From positions 32,001 through 96,000 of the forward strand of contig JAOPTT010000008.1 of the NCBI GenBank assembly GCA_051531975.1: 64,000 nucleotides of DNA. The letters run 5' to 3'. The notes below the pieces were generated by a model. That model searched no databases. It was not told where the DNA came from and saw only the letters and a list, made by a program, of their open reading frames with translations. This stretch comes from Spirochaetaceae bacterium (GTDB lineage: Bacteria; Spirochaetota; Spirochaetia; DSM-2461). Position 1 is the first letter of the stretch, and each line of letters begins with the position of its first letter. The position numbers and the translations under genes are program-made. Below are positions 60,155 through 64,000 of the stretch, piece after piece.

Positions 60155-60437
60155 CGACCTCTAAAACCTGTATTAAACATGGATCTTCAAGTTTATAAAA
60201 TACATTTTTACCAACTTGTCTTCTAGTTACGATTTTTTTATCTTTTAATACTCTTAAATGATGGCTAATTGCAGGCATACTCATATTTAACAGTTCTGAT
60301 AACTCTAATACGCCAACTTCGGATTTTAATAAATAATACATAATTTTTAATCTAGTAGGATTACCCATAACTTCTAAATGTGAGGATACATTTTCTATAG
60401 TTTTATCTGATGGTATATCTAGATCATTTTCTACCAT
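60126..60437 (-). CDS. ArsR/SmtB family regulator
   Basis: NPTRLKIM...MSMPAISHHLRVLK...GKNVFY. Confidence 0.9.
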   Translation of the reverse strand: MVENDLDIPSDKTIENVSSHLEVMGNPTRLKIMYYLLKSEVGVLELSELLNMSMPAISHHLRVLKDKKIVTRRQVGKNVFYKLEDPCLIQVLEVARVHVEDHH

Positions 60438-62344
60438 TTGCTTTTAATCCTTTCAACTACTTGTTTATGCCTTACTTCATCTGATTTTTCAATAACATAC
60501 TTAACAATAGAATCAGAGTCCAATTTACACATCTTTTTCAGTTCAGCTCTTGTTCCGTGGGTCAAAAAGTTATTATCAACACCTAAAACATAGATTGATT
60601 TTTGACTCTCTCCAGCTATGCATTTAATATCTTGCCCTACTCCACCAGTTATTACGCCATCTTCTAATATAACAATCATGTTGTATGACTTAATAGTGTT
60701 TAGTATTACTTTAGTATCTAATGGTGTTATAAATCTAAGGGAATATATATCGGCATCAAAACCCTTATCTTCTAGTTTACTAGATGCTTCTTTAGCTTCA
60801 GAAAGAAGTTCTCCATAACATATAATCAAAATATTAAATTTGTTTTTACTAAAAAGAACACCTCTATTTGGAACTAATGGGCTATCTAATACAGTATCTG
60901 ATTCTATAACATAATCTTTACTATATCGTATAACTGAAGGGCCTTTTAAGGTAAGTGCATGGTCAAACATCATAGACATTTCATTCGCTGTGGAAGGTGC
61001 CATTATTGTTATCCCTGGAATACTTTTTAATAAAGAGATATCAAATATACCCTGATGTGCTTCCCCATCGGCTGGAACTATCCCTGCCCGATCTAAAGCA
61101 AATATGACAGATAGTCCTGGTATAGAAATATCATGAATTATCTGATCTATACCTCTTTGGATAAAAGTAGAATAGATGGCTACTACAGGTTTTAACCCAG
61201 AAATTGCCATTCCTGAAGCCAGAGTTACAGCGTGTTCCTCTGTTATCCCAACGTCAAAACTTCTTTTAGGAAACTCTTTAAAAAATGCAGATAGACCTGT
61301 ACCACTCATCATTGCTGCAGTAATAGCAACAATTTTATTATTTTTTCTAGCATTAATCAGTATTGTATTTGCAAATGCATTTGTATAAGTTATTTTAGTC
61401 CCGGGAGTATTAACAACTCCAACTTTAGGATCAAAAGGTTTAACTCCATGATAATCACCTGGTCTTTTTTCAGCTAAAGGATAACCTTTCCCTTTTTTTG
61501 TAATTACATGTAATAAAACTGGTTCATCTAAAAGCTTAACTCTATTTAAAACTCTCTGAAGTTCCTGAATATTATGCCCATCAATAGGTCCAATATATTT
61601 TAAACCTAAATCTGTAAATATATCAGTTTTGTAAAATAATGTTTTAACAGATTTTTTCCATCTCATTACCGATGCATAAAAAGCTTTACCAACAAATGGG
61701 ATATGTAACATTGTCCAGTCTGCAACGTGTTTAAAAGCCTGATAACTTTTAGTTGTTGTCATTTTACTTAATTTTGAAGAGATAGCCCCTACACTACTGT
61801 CTATAGACATATTGTTATCATTTAATATTACTATCATCTTCTTTTTTATGTGTCCTAAATGGTTTAATGCTTCGTAGGCCATTCCACCAGTTAAAGAAGC
61901 ATCTCCTATTATAGGGATTATATAATTAAATTGACCTTGTAATTCTTCACCTAATAATATTCCCATTGCAGATGATATAGAGGTAGAAGCATGACCAGCA
62001 TCGATAAAATCGTGTTTACTCTCATATCTTCTAGTAAATCCACTCATACCACCTAATTGTCTATTAGTACTAAACATATCTTTTCGACCAGTTAATATTT
62101 TATGAGGATAACACTGATGTCCAACATCGAATATGAGCTTGTCTTTAGGGGAATCAAAAACCCTATGTAGAGCAATAGTTAATTCAACTATTCCCATATT
62201 TGATGAAAAGTGACCACCTGTTTTGCTTACATTGTCTATTAGAAATTCTCTGATCTCTTTTGCAAGAGTATTAAGTTCCTTTTGAGTCAGACTTTTAATA
62301 TCAGCCGGGCTCTCAACTTTTGATAATATCTGAAATTCAGACAA
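60431..62344 (-). CDS. dxs: 1-deoxy-D-xylulose-5-phosphate synthase
   Basis: GGH, DVGHQCYPHKILTGR, GDA...NDN, GPIDGH, DRAG. Confidence 0.97.
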   Translation of the reverse strand: MSEFQILSKVESPADIKSLTQKELNTLAKEIREFLIDNVSKTGGHFSSNMGIVELTIALHRVFDSPKDKLIFDVGHQCYPHKILTGRKDMFSTNRQLGGMSGFTRRYESKHDFIDAGHASTSISSAMGILLGEELQGQFNYIIPIIGDASLTGGMAYEALNHLGHIKKKMIVILNDNNMSIDSSVGAISSKLSKMTTTKSYQAFKHVADWTMLHIPFVGKAFYASVMRWKKSVKTLFYKTDIFTDLGLKYIGPIDGHNIQELQRVLNRVKLLDEPVLLHVITKKGKGYPLAEKRPGDYHGVKPFDPKVGVVNTPGTKITYTNAFANTILINARKNNKIVAITAAMMSGTGLSAFFKEFPKRSFDVGITEEHAVTLASGMAISGLKPVVAIYSTFIQRGIDQIIHDISIPGLSVIFALDRAGIVPADGEAHQGIFDISLLKSIPGITIMAPSTANEMSMMFDHALTLKGPSVIRYSKDYVIESDTVLDSPLVPNRGVLFSKNKFNILIICYGELLSEAKEASSKLEDKGFDADIYSLRFITPLDTKVILNTIKSYNMIVILEDGVITGGVGQDIKCIAGESQKSIYVLGVDNNFLTHGTRAELKKMCKLDSDSIVKYVIEKSDEVRHKQVVERIKSKW

Positions 62345-62389
62345 GGAACTCTCCTTTTAACTTTTTATATATTTAATTTTTTATTAGAT

Positions 62390-62426
62390 AAAAAAATAGA
62401 CAGCCCTATTGAATAAGAGCTGCCTT
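62390..62426 (-). terminator. Intrinsic terminator after bS22 gene
   Basis: - strand GGCAGCTCTTATT-C-AATAGGGCTGTC followed by a T run. Confidence 0.7.
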
Positions 62427-62446
62427 AATGATGTTTAAGTCATAAA

Positions 62447-62536
62447 CTATTTATGCTTATGTCTATTCTTTCTTAGCTTCTTCTTTCTTTTATGAGTCGC
62501 TATTTTTTTTCGCTTTCGCTTTTTACCACAAGGCAC
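62447..62536 (-). CDS. Small basic AURKAIP1/COX24-domain ribosomal protein (bS22-like)
   Basis: AGGAG RBS, GTG start, MPCGKKRKRKKIATHKRKKKLRKNRHKHK; below the ORF-track size cutoff. Confidence 0.88.
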   Translation of the reverse strand: MPCGKKRKRKKIATHKRKKKLRKNRHKHK

Positions 62537-62600
62537 TGAAATACTCCTACTTTAAACTGTTATAAAACTTAAATCATTATGCAAATGATTCAATGTATAG

Positions 62601-62864
62601 TCAAGACTTAGTTCAATAAATAAACAATATTAAAATTGAACATTTTCTTAATTAAAACATAATATAAGTCATAAATGTTAAGAGTTAGTTTAGTAAAATA
62701 GTAATATATTCTATTGCTAAATCAAAATTTAACTCTTACTTGTTAAGAGTTTGTTTATTTATTTAAATAACAATATTAAAATCGAATACAACCTACTATT
62801 AAAACAACCTTTAACTCTTAATTTTCAAGACTTAGTATATTAAAATACAAAAATTAAGTCTTAA
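62601..62864. repeat. Array of alternating inverted AAGASTT / AASTCWT motifs
   Basis: Left arms at 62601, 62678, 62743, 62825; right arms at 62665, 62730, 62812, 62855. Confidence 0.7.
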
Positions 62865-62892
62865 GTTATTATATATTAAAATAGCATCAAAG

Positions 62893-63855
62893 TCATGATT
62901 CTAAAGAGTTCTTTTTAAGAAACTCATCAACTATTTTTATTAATTCTATCCTTTTTTGGGGATTTACCCAATGAACATCGACAAAAGAGTTAAAAAAAGT
63001 AATTTGACGTTTTGCATAACGCCTAGAATTACGTCTTATCTCCTCTTTTAATTCTTCGATACTCCAACATCCTGATGCCATCATTTGAAAAAATTCGCTA
63101 TAACCTATGCCTTTCATACCAGGATCTGTTGGATTTAAACCCATAGAATACAGATGTTTAAATTCTTCTAATAATCCATCTGAAAACATAATGTCTACAC
63201 GCTGATTGATTCTTTCATACAATTCTACTCTAGGTCTTTCTAGACCTATTATTAAAAAGTTATATCTATCTCTTGGAACAGTTGGTTGTTTACAATCTAA
63301 AATAGATTTACAACTTTGTATAAAGACCTCTAAAGCCCTAGTAACCCTATATGTATCACATGGATTTATCTCTTTTGCTGCTTTTGGGTCAATCTCTTTT
63401 AATTTGTTATACATATGTTCTAAGCTAGTTTTTTTTAATTCAAGTTGGATATTATCCCTAGTTTCTTTACTAATTTCAGGTAACTTTGGAAGTCCATATA
63501 TAAAGTTTTTAAAATAGAATGCTGTTCCACCAGATATTACAGGAATCAAATTTTTATTATAAATTTGCTCTGTTAATACATCTGCTTCTCTAACAAAATC
63601 TGCAACACTAAACTGAATCTGAGGTTGAATTATTGATATTAAATGGTGTGGAATTTCTTTTACATACTGGGGAGTTGGTTTTGCCGACCCAACATCAAGT
63701 CCTTTGTAGACCTGCATGGAATCGGCATTAATAACTTCACCTCTCCCTTTAAAAAGTTCGAGAAGTAACTCTGTTTTCCCAACGGCTGTTGGCCCAAATA
63801 ACAGAATTACAGGTATTTTATCTTTCGTAGTTATATTTAACCCGTCCAGTAACAA
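62893..63855 (-). CDS. miaA: tRNA dimethylallyltransferase
   Basis: GPTAVGKT, DSMQVYKGLDVGSAKP, GGTAFY, YAKRQITF; start uncertain. Confidence 0.96.
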   Translation of the reverse strand: MLLDGLNITTKDKIPVILLFGPTAVGKTELLLELFKGRGEVINADSMQVYKGLDVGSAKPTPQYVKEIPHHLISIIQPQIQFSVADFVREADVLTEQIYNKNLIPVISGGTAFYFKNFIYGLPKLPEISKETRDNIQLELKKTSLEHMYNKLKEIDPKAAKEINPCDTYRVTRALEVFIQSCKSILDCKQPTVPRDRYNFLIIGLERPRVELYERINQRVDIMFSDGLLEEFKHLYSMGLNPTDPGMKGIGYSEFFQMMASGCWSIEELKEEIRRNSRRYAKRQITFFNSFVDVHWVNPQKRIELIKIVDEFLKKNSLES

Positions 63856-64000
63856 TTTCTTTTATAGAAACTGAAACTATTTTACCCATATTGTCGTCTA
63901 ATTCCTTAGAACCTGTTTTAGCTAGTTGTTTAGATCTTGAAATAGCTGCATTTGTTAACTCATAAATGTTATCAGTATTATTAACAAGATTCTCAATAGG
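63818..64000 (-). CDS. rpoZ: RNA polymerase omega subunit (5' end beyond window)
   Basis: Manual translation PIENLVNNTDNIYELTNAAISRSKQL...KIVSVSIKEIVTGRVKY; not in the ORF track. Confidence 0.8.
   Translation of the reverse strand, partial: PIENLVNNTDNIYELTNAAISRSKQLAKTGSKELDDNMGKIVSVSIKEIVTGRVKYNYER

Noticed and set aside
5407..63517. Remaining short ORFs overlapping longer genes on the opposite strand or in other frames (e.g. 5407, 5707, 6328, 7403, 10105, 17181, 17724, 20278, 22274, 26521, 28217, 35934, 36375, 40008, 40418, 40823, 41883, 46825, 59126, 63206)
   Set aside because: No RBS or motifs; expected antisense or alternate-frame shadows of well-supported genes.
1..64000. rRNA, tRNA, CRISPR-cas, prophage, retron or DGR
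   Set aside because: No matching sequence, structural phage genes or reverse transcriptase motifs were seen by eye; a short ncRNA could have been missed without a covariance-model search.

Overview
AT-rich bacterial chromosome segment, most likely from a free-living spirochaete (inferred from spirochaete-type lipoprotein signal peptides, homodimeric GlyQS and the rpoZ-miaA-bS22 order). 1-13.4 kb is a chromosomal integron. The integrase gene lies on the - strand, is cut by the window edge and is missing from the ORF track. It is followed by an attI crossover at 1088/1089, five intact ~110-118 bp attC sites, and three eroded attC left halves further along. The cassettes encode secreted proteins, a DUF4062 protein, LysE behind a 72-bp tandem repeat, two PEGA lipoproteins and an RHH-PIN toxin-antitoxin pair coupled to a third gene. 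A defective IS3-family element follows. 15-44 kb is a mosaic of accessory genes: a GH8 lipoprotein, a divergent tetracycline ribosomal-protection-type GTPase behind an unannotated leader peptide and attenuator, an ECF sigma factor fused to a FliG C-terminal-like domain, and four nucleotide cyclases. 44-52 kb holds a ferredoxin-AOR-ADH operon and an RsbR-RsbT-RsbX module lacking RsbS. 52-64 kb is housekeeping (tyrS, glyQS, gltX, alaA-like, dxs, unannotated bS22, miaA, partial rpoZ), with an unexplained array of covarying inverted repeats between miaA and bS22. All family assignments come from reading motifs by eye; no database searches were run.
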